Origin: Candidatus Omnitrophota bacterium
GTDB taxonomy: Bacteria; Omnitrophota; Gorgyraeia; Zapsychrales; Fredricksoniimonadaceae
NCBI GenBank assembly: GCA_013285735.1
Contig: JABDGZ010000003.1
Span: 19,756 to 83,755, forward strand
Length of the DNA: 64,000 bases
Reading direction: 5' to 3'
In this document: in pieces, positions 37,662 through 45,872 of the stretch
Layout of the letters: the number at the start of each line of letters is the position of its first letter
Numbering within the stretch: the first letter of the stretch is position 1
Made by a program: the position numbers and the translations under genes
The notes under the pieces: generated by a model
Told to the model about the DNA's origin: nothing
The model's database searches: none
The model's input: only the letters and a program-made list of their open reading frames with translations

Positions 37662-38672
37662 ATGAGGCGTATGCGTTTATTGTTTACTGTTATTTTAAGT
37701 ATAATTCTTTTGAATGGCCGCGCTTGGGCTCAAGAGGAAAATGTCAGCATAGCTGCCTCTGCCTTGCAGGGGGTATTGTCTAATTTAAAACAGAGTGTCG
37801 AAAAATTGAGTTTAGACAATGATCAATTAACTGCCAAAGATAATTATATCAAACAGCAGGTTTTACAGTTGCAAGCGCAGTTAGGCCAGCTTGAGGCCCA
37901 AGGCAATGTTTTAAATACAGCGGCAGTAAAATTGCAGGATAAGAATACCCGTCGGGCTAGAAAAATCGCTCAGATGGAAGCAACAAATTTTGATCTTGAT
38001 AATCGCACCCAGAAAGCCGAAGCCAGCATTAAATTAATCCAGAAGTCTTTGGATGCAGGGTACCAGGAAGATCAAAGATTGCTTTTGCAGCTTAAGGGCA
38101 TGACAAATATTTTGCCAGAGGCTCCCAAGGCCCAACCCTTGGAATCCCCATCCGCGAACCGCCGCCAAAAAGAAAAGTTAAGATTGATGAAAATGGTTTA
38201 TGACAGCCAGCAGCGGCAGGAATTGCTGCATGAATCAATTTTGGAATTTCAAAAAAATACGGCCCTCTTGCCCGCGGCCAGTGCCTTGGCGCATCAGCAA
38301 AATTTAAAAGAACAGATTAAAGATTTAGAAGCTGAGATAGCGGCCTATCCGCAAGAAAAGTCTTTAGGGAATTCAGAGGTGGCTAATCAGTGGGATAATA
38401 CTCAGCTTAGACAACTAGAATTGGAGTTGAAAGTCCTTGAGAGGAATTATGCGCAGCTTAAAAACTTGATGGAAGAAATGGGTAAGAAAGTCCAAGGTTC
38501 CCAGATGACGGTCAGTGAGAATGTTGAAGGCCAAAAATTACAGGGTAGCATGGATGATTTAAGCCGCCAGAGCGAGGGTCTAAGGGCCAGTTTAGATGAT
38601 TTACGCACCCAAATGATAGACTTGGACAAACGCAAATCCCACCTGGAAGCAATGATCCAGCAGTTGCCTTGA
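37662..38672 (+). CDS. Exported Gln/Leu-rich coiled-coil protein
   Basis: Signal peptide ending in AWAQE. Long heptad-like Q/L/E/K-rich sequence with no recognised domain. Confidence 0.5.
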   Translation: MRRMRLLFTVILSIILLNGRAWAQEENVSIAASALQGVLSNLKQSVEKLSLDNDQLTAKDNYIKQQVLQLQAQLGQLEAQGNVLNTAAVKLQDKNTRRARKIAQMEATNFDLDNRTQKAEASIKLIQKSLDAGYQEDQRLLLQLKGMTNILPEAPKAQPLESPSANRRQKEKLRLMKMVYDSQQRQELLHESILEFQKNTALLPAASALAHQQNLKEQIKDLEAEIAAYPQEKSLGNSEVANQWDNTQLRQLELELKVLERNYAQLKNLMEEMGKKVQGSQMTVSENVEGQKLQGSMDDLSRQSEGLRASLDDLRTQMIDLDKRKSHLEAMIQQLP

Positions 38673-38803
38673 TTTCCGAACCAAAGCTCATGGTTCGGAG
38701 AAATACTTGCCTTTTAGATAATCCAATGCTATATTTATTTCCGAACCAATAATAGTGGTTCGGAAATATTTATATATAAAATGAGGCATATATGGTTCGG
38801 AAA
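38673..38803. repeat. Two palindromes TTTCCGAACCA-N7-TGGTTCGGA(A/G)A plus a third half-site covering the Fic start codon
   Basis: IR1 at 38673-38703 is imperfect. IR2 at 38737-38767 has perfect 12-bp arms (atttccgaacca / tggttcggaaat). The half-site tggttcggaaa lies at 38793-38803. Confidence 0.55.
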
Positions 38804-39838
38804 GTTCGATTAATTGAAGGTAGTGGTCTTAAAAAGGATGTTCAAAGGTTACGGGGCAGGTTCGGAAATTTGATCAACGTGACCAATGCTGAATGGTATT
38901 CTTTGTTTAAAGATGAGATACGTAATTCGATTGCCATTGAAGGTGTTTTTGCCAATCGGCAAGAACTCTTGGATGTCTTAGAACATAATAAACGTACCAA
39001 TAAGCAAAAAGCAGCTGCCATTTTAGGTTATTTTGAGGCCGCCAGTGCTATGTATGAGTACGCTAATAATCAGTTCAAAGAAAATGAATTTATTTTGCGT
39101 ATGGCTGATATTAAACAGGTTCATACCTTGCTGATGCGTTATGAAAAAGATTTGGGGACTTTTATAGGCACAGTCGGTGATTTTCGTAAGAATGATATTC
39201 AAGTTGCTCAAGCGACATTTAAACCTATTAATATGTTTCATGTCCGTGAGGCAATGGAGTTGCTGATCAAATGGTTTAATGAAAATTCAAAGAAGAAAGT
39301 TTATGATGATGTGACCTTGGCTGCGATGACACATGTTTGGTTTGAAACAATTCATCCCTTTAGTGATGGTAATGGGCGTGTGGGTAGAATCCTTTTGTCG
39401 TATATTCTTATCGGTCAAGGATTGGTTAATGTTGCTATCAAAGGGATTTCTAAACAAGAACGGGAAGCATATTATAATATTTTAGAAAAATCCGACCCTT
39501 GTTTTAATGAAATTCACCGCTTGATTGAGAAAAATAAGAAATTTACTTCTACGGGTATCAATAAAGTCATTAAAAAAGAGGCGTTTACACCATTTACTCT
39601 AATGATTTCGGGATTATTGAAAGAAGCTATTAACCGGCTGGAGGGTGGCAGGTTAACTAATTTGAACAAAGAGGCGATATTGCCGCTTCGTGATTTAGCC
39701 AGGATGTATGATTATTCCCAGGATTATCTGCGTAATTTAATTAACCGTGGTCAATTGAAAGCACATAAAAAAGGTAAGCTTTGGTATGTGCGTGTGCAAG
39801 ATTTAGCGGGGTATATCAATTTAGTTTCAGAAAAATGA
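38792..39838 (+). CDS. Fic-family (AMPylase-type) protein, class II, with C-terminal excisionase/MerR-like HTH
   Basis: Fic motif HPFSDGNGRVGR. N-terminal inhibitory-helix motif SIAIEG, matching (S/T)xxxE(G/N). The C-terminal LRDLARMYDYSQDYLRNLINRGQLKAHKKGKLWYVRVQDL resembles HTH_17. Confidence 0.85.
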   Translation: MVRKVRLIEGSGLKKDVQRLRGRFGNLINVTNAEWYSLFKDEIRNSIAIEGVFANRQELLDVLEHNKRTNKQKAAAILGYFEAASAMYEYANNQFKENEFILRMADIKQVHTLLMRYEKDLGTFIGTVGDFRKNDIQVAQATFKPINMFHVREAMELLIKWFNENSKKKVYDDVTLAAMTHVWFETIHPFSDGNGRVGRILLSYILIGQGLVNVAIKGISKQEREAYYNILEKSDPCFNEIHRLIEKNKKFTSTGINKVIKKEAFTPFTLMISGLLKEAINRLEGGRLTNLNKEAILPLRDLARMYDYSQDYLRNLINRGQLKAHKKGKLWYVRVQDLAGYINLVSEK

Positions 39839-39984
39839 TTTTGTTTTATTGGGAGGGGAAATCTTTCTACTGCAAGAGATGGTTCAGTTCGTAAAATTAT
39901 TGTAAATCACCAGGGAATGTGTTAAATTTAAATTACAGTTTAAGATTTTTAACCCCCATTTAGATTAATATTTTAGAGGTTATT

Positions 39985-40407
39985 ATGAAGCCAAAATTTG
40001 AAATAGCAGACGGCTGGATTATGGTTCCGGTTCATTTGAAGGTTTATCCGCTACAGGCTGTTCATTCTTCTGGATATGCCTTTATGGATCGGGCCCACGT
40101 CAGGCTTGAGGAAGAAAAGAAGGATGTTGTAGCTGTTTGGCTTAAGCCTAAGAATGACAAACATGATTTGCAGAAACTGGCCTTGGAATTTTCTGATGAA
40201 TTGTTGAATTATGCGCATTATTTTAGCAGTTTGAAGGCCAATGCAGAGAATATGAAGGTCTTATTACAAAGGGCCCTTTTTTCAGCTTCTCCATCAATCG
40301 TTAAAGAAGCAGAAGAAAAAGAGATTGAAAACTTGATCAAGGAGCTTGAAGCTGAAGAAAAGCAAGCAAGCTCGAAGACAAAGACAACGCCTAAGTCGCG
40401 AAAATAA
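39985..40407 (+). CDS. HxsD-like protein (His-Xaa-Ser system accessory protein family, tentative)
   Basis: 140 aa. VYPLQAVHSSGYAFMDRAHVRLE and FSDELLNYAHYF...MKVLLQRALF resemble the LLNDYxLRE-type family (TIGR03976). Sits directly upstream of the HxsB-like rSAM gene. Confidence 0.5.
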   Translation: MKPKFEIADGWIMVPVHLKVYPLQAVHSSGYAFMDRAHVRLEEEKKDVVAVWLKPKNDKHDLQKLALEFSDELLNYAHYFSSLKANAENMKVLLQRALFSASPSIVKEAEEKEIENLIKELEAEEKQASSKTKTTPKSRK

Positions 40408-40420
40408 TAAAACTTTTCTT

Positions 40421-41800
40421 ATGACACAAACCGCACAATCTTCTATCTTGCCGTTTAACGCTGAAAAAATTAATGATAAATATTTGGTGACCAACATGAT
40501 GGGGTGTTGGGATGCTTTGAATGAAGGTGAATTTCGTCAACTCAACAGCCTGCGCGTTGAGCAGGGAGGGGCGTTATTTAACCGTTTATTAGAGCGTGGA
40601 TTGATCGTCGATGAAGATAATATACGCCGTGTCATTGGCGGGTATAGGAATTTAAACGCGAATCTTTTTACAGATACAAGTCTTCATATCGCTGTTGTGA
40701 CAAAGCGCTGTAATCTGCGTTGTACCTATTGTCATGCCGAAGGTGGAGCTTCTTCTGAGGATATGTCCCTTGAGACAGCCTCCCGCGTCTTGCAATATCT
40801 TTTTGATGTGCGCAGCAACTCAGTGACACTTGAGTTTCAAGGTGGAGAGCCTTTGCTTAATTGGCCGGTGGTAAAATTCATGACCGAGCATGCGCGTCAG
40901 TTCAACACCCTGGGAAAGAACCTTAATATTGTTATTGTGACCAATATGCTGCTCATGGATGATGAGAAAATGCGTTTCTTTGCTGATCATGATGTGATGG
41001 TATGTACGTCTTTGGATGGTCCAGCAGATATCCATGACAAAGCGAGGGTCGATGTTGCAGGGCGCGGGACACATGCCCAATTGGTCGAAAAAATTGAGCG
41101 TTTTGCCAAGCAATTCGGACGTAAGGTGCATATGTTACCAACAATAACCAAGCATTCATTAGCCTACCCTGAGCGGATCATTGATGAATACCTGCGTCTG
41201 GGACAAAGCGAAATTCCTTTAAGACCGGTCAATAAAATAGGCTATGCCTGTGGCAATTGGGAAGATGTTGGATATACAGCCGAAGAATTCAATGTATTTT
41301 ATACTAAAGCAATGGCGTATATTATGAAATTAAATACATCAGGAACCTATATCAGCGAGCGGATGGCCAGGACCATTTTAACCAAGGTCCTGCTCAAGAA
41401 AGACCCAGGTTATGTTGATATGATGAATCCCTGCGGGGCTGGGCGTGCGGTGATGTCTTACGCACCGGATGGAGGATGTTACCCTACGGACGAGGCAAGG
41501 ATGTTAGGTGATAATATTTTCCGGTTGGGGAATATCAAGGATGAAGATTATGATAAAATGCTTAATAAGGAAAATTTGTTTTTTCTTTTAAGTGCCGGCT
41601 GTTCTGATTTGTGGAATTACCGTTCTGTTTATAGCCCCTGGCTTGGTGTTGATCCTGTGGTGAATTATGCGGTAGAAAAAAATGTTATACTAAAGGGAAG
41701 CTCACGTTTGCAACAGGTGTTGAAGCATCAGTTTAAAACGGTTTTTTCTTATCTGCTGGGTGATAAAAAGCATGCGGAAGTTTTTCAACGCTGGTTATAA
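40421..41800 (+). CDS. Radical SAM/SPASM peptide maturase, HxsB-like
   Basis: N-terminal ILPFNAEKINDKYLVTNMMGCWDALNEGEFRQL, then LHIAVVTKRCNLRCTYC (CxxxCxxC). C-terminal Cys-rich SPASM-like region MNPCGAGRAVMSYAPDGGCYP. The ATG at 40421 is preferred to the TTG at 40346. Confidence 0.75.
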   Translation: MTQTAQSSILPFNAEKINDKYLVTNMMGCWDALNEGEFRQLNSLRVEQGGALFNRLLERGLIVDEDNIRRVIGGYRNLNANLFTDTSLHIAVVTKRCNLRCTYCHAEGGASSEDMSLETASRVLQYLFDVRSNSVTLEFQGGEPLLNWPVVKFMTEHARQFNTLGKNLNIVIVTNMLLMDDEKMRFFADHDVMVCTSLDGPADIHDKARVDVAGRGTHAQLVEKIERFAKQFGRKVHMLPTITKHSLAYPERIIDEYLRLGQSEIPLRPVNKIGYACGNWEDVGYTAEEFNVFYTKAMAYIMKLNTSGTYISERMARTILTKVLLKKDPGYVDMMNPCGAGRAVMSYAPDGGCYPTDEARMLGDNIFRLGNIKDEDYDKMLNKENLFFLLSAGCSDLWNYRSVYSPWLGVDPVVNYAVEKNVILKGSSRLQQVLKHQFKTVFSYLLGDKKHAEVFQRWL

Positions 41801-41812
41801 GGGGAGTTCCTG

Positions 41813-42088
41813 ATGAAAAAGAAAATAAAAAGTAAGGTCATTAAAAAAAAGATCCCGCTAACCAAGTCCCTTGGTGAACTGATGAAGGACGAAGACGGTT
41901 TTGTCAGCAAGGAAACTATTTTAAAGGTGGGGTTATCCACCGTCGCAGCACTGGGAATAGCCGGTGCTTTGACAGATATTAGTTCCGGGACGGATGTCAC
42001 AACGCATTCTAATACAGTTTCTCCTGATCCATCTAATGGGCCAAACTGTGCCACACACCACAATGTTACGACACACACTTCATATTAA
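41813..42088 (+). CDS. 91-aa candidate precursor peptide (HxsA-like position) with Lys-rich N-terminus, hydrophobic segment and Thr/His/Asn/Ser-rich tail
   Basis: GGGGAG SD 7 nt upstream. Sequence reads MKKKIKSKVIKKK...LKVGLSTVAALGIAGALT...DVTTHSNTVSPDPSNGPNCATHHNVTTHTSY. The VTTH(S/T)(N/S) unit occurs twice. Confidence 0.5.
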   Translation: MKKKIKSKVIKKKIPLTKSLGELMKDEDGFVSKETILKVGLSTVAALGIAGALTDISSGTDVTTHSNTVSPDPSNGPNCATHHNVTTHTSY

Positions 42089-42116
42089 TTCTATAAGGAA
42101 AATCTTGCTTGTGGGG

Positions 42117-42860
42117 ATGGGTATGAATTATCGCTACGTTTTGTTTTTAGCTTTTTTCTTTGCAGCAAGTTTACCAGTTCAAGCACAACAAAACGATAGC
42201 AGCCCGGCTATGTCAATGGCTTCAGGAGGGTATGCATTGCCTTCCGAGGAAGATTATATTTCCAGACTTCATTTGTATGATTTTCAAGCTGCCCTTAAAG
42301 ATCCATCGATTTGTGCTCAAGATCAAGATTGCCTAAAAAAAATTAAGGTAATCAACACTTTAGAATGCATTATTACTGCCTGTGGCAAGGATGCTGCTAA
42401 GGAATCTGAAGCTTGCGTTTCAGAAAAATTTAATGATTTAAGATTGGATCAAAAGGAAAAAATTTCGACAGATATTTGCGCTTGGGTCAAATCCCCATCT
42501 GCCGCAACCCGCAATAATTTAAAGAATGATGCAGAAGATCGACTTGAGGATGAGAATTTAGTTTTAGCTCAAGCCTATATTTCAGCGATGAACGGATCAG
42601 GCGATGCGTGCCAGCAAACAGTCAAAGACTATATGGGGCCCTATGGTCCTAAATGGGACCGTCAGTGGTATGCCATTTTATCTGAATGCCGTATCCTTTC
42701 TCATCAGCGCAGTGTAGATCAAGAAAAGAGTGATTATTTAGCCTGGTATAAGGTTGAACAGGGAACCGGTCAATGCGCTGGTATTATCAATGAAGAGATG
42801 CGCAGTGCTTGCTCCAATGCTGATGCCCCCTCGCCAATAGCCCCACCTCATGAAGAATAA
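42117..42860 (+). CDS. Secreted Cys-rich protein of unknown function
   Basis: Signal peptide MGMNYRYVLFLAFFFAASLPVQAQQ. Ten Cys in the mature part. The 41994 ORF extension overlaps the precursor gene and is discarded. Confidence 0.5.
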   Translation: MGMNYRYVLFLAFFFAASLPVQAQQNDSSPAMSMASGGYALPSEEDYISRLHLYDFQAALKDPSICAQDQDCLKKIKVINTLECIITACGKDAAKESEACVSEKFNDLRLDQKEKISTDICAWVKSPSAATRNNLKNDAEDRLEDENLVLAQAYISAMNGSGDACQQTVKDYMGPYGPKWDRQWYAILSECRILSHQRSVDQEKSDYLAWYKVEQGTGQCAGIINEEMRSACSNADAPSPIAPPHEE

Positions 42861-44091
42861 ATTTCAACCCAAGGTTGGTATTTATTTTTCCCATTATGAG
42901 TGTCTAGGGCACACCACTCGCGTAATGGCTCTTAGTGAACTAATTAAAGTAAAATACCCTCAAAGTGATCTTTTTGTCATTCAGGCTGGGCTGCCGCAAA
43001 AACATACTCAGTTAGATAATTTGTCTCAAGTTTTTACCTTGCCGCACCCCTTTATGAATAGACAACATTTTCGCCAAGCTCTTAATGCTAGTAATATTGA
43101 TAGTGTGTTGCGTTCAAAAATTTGTAGCAAGATCATTCATTCTCAAAATCCAAAGCTTTTTATTACGGAAACCTTTCCTTTGGGGCATGACGCCTGCCGC
43201 TATGAATTGATTCCATCGCTTGTAGATGCGGCGCGTGGTGGTTCAAGAATCTGGTCCATTGCCGGATATCCTCTGTTGACAGGTAAATCCCAGAATTGGA
43301 AAAATAAAGTCATGGGTCTATATGAAAAGATCTTTATTTGTTGCCCTCAAGAAGAAAAGATTTGGCTTCGTGAGTTTATGCCAAATTCAAAACAGAGAAT
43401 TGAACATCAGGAATTCTTTGATCGATATGCAGCAAAAATCAATTTTATAGGATACTTCTTGCCTCAAGGTCAATTGATTCATGACAAAATTACTAAATTT
43501 AACAGTACTGAAACCAAGTTTAGTCATAAGGTCTTGGTGCTGCGTGGTTCAGGTGCTGTCTATCCTAAATTGATTGCCCAGGCTATTCTCGCCAGTGATG
43601 ATTTGCCCGAATATTTTGAGATGACGATTGTCACTGGTCCTGCAACCACGAATGATGAATGGCAATTATTTAATCGTTTAATGCATAAAAAGCGTTTGAA
43701 TAATGTAAAATTATTACGTGTGGTGAGCCATTACGAAGATCTTATTAAAGTCGCCAGCGTTTGTGTTGCCACTTCAGGTTATCATACTTCAGCCATGCTA
43801 TTGAAGTACCGCAAGAGAGCTGTATTGGTGCCCTTTGAGGGCTATGATAAAACCAATTTTTATGAGCAAAAAGCCAGAGCTGCGATGCTTAAAGAAAAGA
43901 TTGGAGCGCAGGTTATATCGATCAAGGAGCTAAACGCCAAGAACTTGCTCAAGGCCATCTTGATTGCAGCTCAACAGAAAGAAAGTAAGCAGATTTTATC
44001 TAAAGGTTTTTTTGGGGCATCAAGCCGCTTGAATCAAGCGCTGACTGAGCTTTTTGGGCGATCGCAGGGTCAAATAAAGGATCAGCTTTAA
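42850..44091 (+). CDS. GT-B-fold glycosyltransferase-like protein (COG4671/GT28-like), paralog A
   Basis: LGHTTR, FITETFPLG, GYPL, RGSGAVYP, TGPATTNDE and SGYHTS blocks are shared with 62164-63378. Confidence 0.6.
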   Translation: MKNKFQPKVGIYFSHYECLGHTTRVMALSELIKVKYPQSDLFVIQAGLPQKHTQLDNLSQVFTLPHPFMNRQHFRQALNASNIDSVLRSKICSKIIHSQNPKLFITETFPLGHDACRYELIPSLVDAARGGSRIWSIAGYPLLTGKSQNWKNKVMGLYEKIFICCPQEEKIWLREFMPNSKQRIEHQEFFDRYAAKINFIGYFLPQGQLIHDKITKFNSTETKFSHKVLVLRGSGAVYPKLIAQAILASDDLPEYFEMTIVTGPATTNDEWQLFNRLMHKKRLNNVKLLRVVSHYEDLIKVASVCVATSGYHTSAMLLKYRKRAVLVPFEGYDKTNFYEQKARAAMLKEKIGAQVISIKELNAKNLLKAILIAAQQKESKQILSKGFFGASSRLNQALTELFGRSQGQIKDQL

Positions 44092-45025
44092 AGGCGCTGC
44101 CGTAGGCACGTAAGGACATGGCTCGACAGCCTCCAAGACAGGTCTCAATTACGGGACATTGTTGACATAGAGAGGGAAGATAATCAGTGGTGTTAAGCCG
44201 TTGAACAAAGGGGTGTTCCCAAGCTGCTTTGAGGGAATTCCCCAAATTTTCTTCAATAAAATAGCTTGGTTTGTAGTATCCTTTGGCACTGTAAACGATT
44301 CGTAGATGCCCCTCATCGAGTTTAGCGCCTAAAAATATTTTTTGACCAACATTTAAATTTCCTGTAACACATAGCGGGATTGGATTAGAAATAAATACAC
44401 GAATGCCTTGTTGTTGGGCTTTGAGGATCTTGATCGATAATTTTAGATAGAATTCATGATCCATCTGTTTGATCTCTTCATTAGGATGATCGATGGGGCG
44501 TTGCAAGAGCCACGCAGAAGGATTAATTTTGGTAATGAGAGGCAGAAAATCTTCAAATGATTCTACCTTGCTTGGCGTCAGGACGGTTGCAATCCACACG
44601 GTTGGAAGATGGGCTTTTAGTGTAAATATATTTCTTATCTTTTCCAGAAAAGGGAATTTAGTGTGTGTGTAGGCGGCATTAGTTTTTTCGTTATATCCTT
44701 GTACAGAGATGTGAGCCACATCAACTGTTGAAATGATGGTTTTCATTAATGCGGGAGAAATATTTTCTGCAGTGGTATTAATGATAGTATCTAATTTTTT
44801 TGATTTAACGTAGGTTAGAATTTGACCGATATCAGGATGTAGCAGTGGTTCGCCGCCAGTGATACGAATGGCCTTAACCCCGGATTGTGAGACATCATCA
44901 ATGGTTTTTATGATATCCTTAAGAGGGACATCCGGAATTCTTGGGCCAGTGCAATAAGGACATACTTGACGACAGCGTCCCGTTACTTCAAGAATAATTT
45001 CGATGGGTAATGATGGGCGATTCAT
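44000..45025 (-). CDS. Radical SAM/SPASM protein (possible HxsC-like partner)
   Basis: GRCRQVCPYC cluster motif, GGEPLLHP, and C-terminal CQQCPVIETCLGGCRA (SPASM). Confidence 0.8.
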   Translation of the reverse strand: MNRPSLPIEIILEVTGRCRQVCPYCTGPRIPDVPLKDIIKTIDDVSQSGVKAIRITGGEPLLHPDIGQILTYVKSKKLDTIINTTAENISPALMKTIISTVDVAHISVQGYNEKTNAAYTHTKFPFLEKIRNIFTLKAHLPTVWIATVLTPSKVESFEDFLPLITKINPSAWLLQRPIDHPNEEIKQMDHEFYLKLSIKILKAQQQGIRVFISNPIPLCVTGNLNVGQKIFLGAKLDEGHLRIVYSAKGYYKPSYFIEENLGNSLKAAWEHPFVQRLNTTDYLPSLCQQCPVIETCLGGCRAMSLRAYGSAFKADPLFDPAIAQKAQSALDSSGLMPQKNL

Positions 45026-45083
45026 GTTTTTTATTAATCAGGTTAATATATTTTATCTTAACAGAGTTTAGATTTTTTACCAT

Positions 45084-45872
45084 ATGTTCGCAAGTAAGTA
45101 TCTTTTATACCGGATTCTAGGTAATGATATTCCTCTTCGTCATCAAAAAGGACAGACCTTGAGAAATTTAAGGAGGATCCTTGAGGGTGAGGAAGGCTTA
45201 AAGGGTTTGAAAATGCGATGGCTCCTCAATCGAATCGCAGATCAAGAGGTGCAAGCGCAGATTATTAAATTGTTAGACAAATATCAACAAAAATATGAGG
45301 TGATCCCATTCAATTTGGGAAAATTTAAGCGCATCCCCGTAGATGACCTAAAATCGCGCACGGCAGAGTTGATTGGTCTTAATCAAGCACGCAATAAAGT
45401 ATTACGTCAGGGGCAGAAATTAGCCGAATGGACGATGGTTTTTGACGGGAATTGTTTTTTGACATCTCAGGCATGGCAGGAAATTATTCAAGCCATTGAA
45501 AGTGATCAAGCATGTCGATATGGAGTGGTTGCAATGATTCGCATCATCAAGGGGAAGCCTGCTGTTTTGAGTGAACCTCAATTGATGTTTCGTTTTGATG
45601 CGAATGAGAAATTTGATGAAGCTTTTGAATATGGACAGGACAGTAAGATTGAATTATTGCGGCGATTAAATGTATCAGGCGTATGGGATCAGTGGAGTGA
45701 TTCTCTAAAGAAAACTAGAAAAAAGCACAAGATTGAAGGTAGTGTTTGCTATGCAGGTCATGTGCTGCGTTTGCCTTCAGGCAATGAACTAGCGGAAAAA
45801 GATATTAAAATTCGCAAACAACTACGCGATCGCGGAATCATTCATTTGATGAATAGAATTGATCAATGGTAG
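45084..45872 (+). CDS. Unknown protein with GT-A-like remnant motif
   Basis: YRILGNDIPLRH at the N-terminus. GLNQARNKVLRQGQKLAEWTMVFDGNCF resembles the GT2 N.ARN...D.D region with DxD replaced by DGN. Weak call. Confidence 0.35.
   Translation: MFASKYLLYRILGNDIPLRHQKGQTLRNLRRILEGEEGLKGLKMRWLLNRIADQEVQAQIIKLLDKYQQKYEVIPFNLGKFKRIPVDDLKSRTAELIGLNQARNKVLRQGQKLAEWTMVFDGNCFLTSQAWQEIIQAIESDQACRYGVVAMIRIIKGKPAVLSEPQLMFRFDANEKFDEAFEYGQDSKIELLRRLNVSGVWDQWSDSLKKTRKKHKIEGSVCYAGHVLRLPSGNELAEKDIKIRKQLRDRGIIHLMNRIDQW

Noticed and set aside
38673-38767. Integron attC sites or MITE ends as an explanation for the TTCCGAACCA palindromes.
   Set aside because: The core does not fit RYYYAAC/GTTRRRY. No integrase or cassette array is present. 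The repeat overlaps a start codon, which fits an operator better.
40346-40420. The longer TTG-initiated N-terminus of the HxsB-like gene (MKLKKSKQARRQ...).
   Set aside because: It overlaps the HxsD-like gene by 62 nt, its SD sits only 1 nt from the TTG, and the extension is low-complexity basic sequence. The ATG at 40421 gives the family-typical N-terminus.
41994-42116. The N-terminal extension of the Cys-rich protein ORF, which overlaps the precursor gene.
   Set aside because: The extension has no signal peptide or SD. The internal Met at 42117 is followed immediately by a textbook signal peptide.
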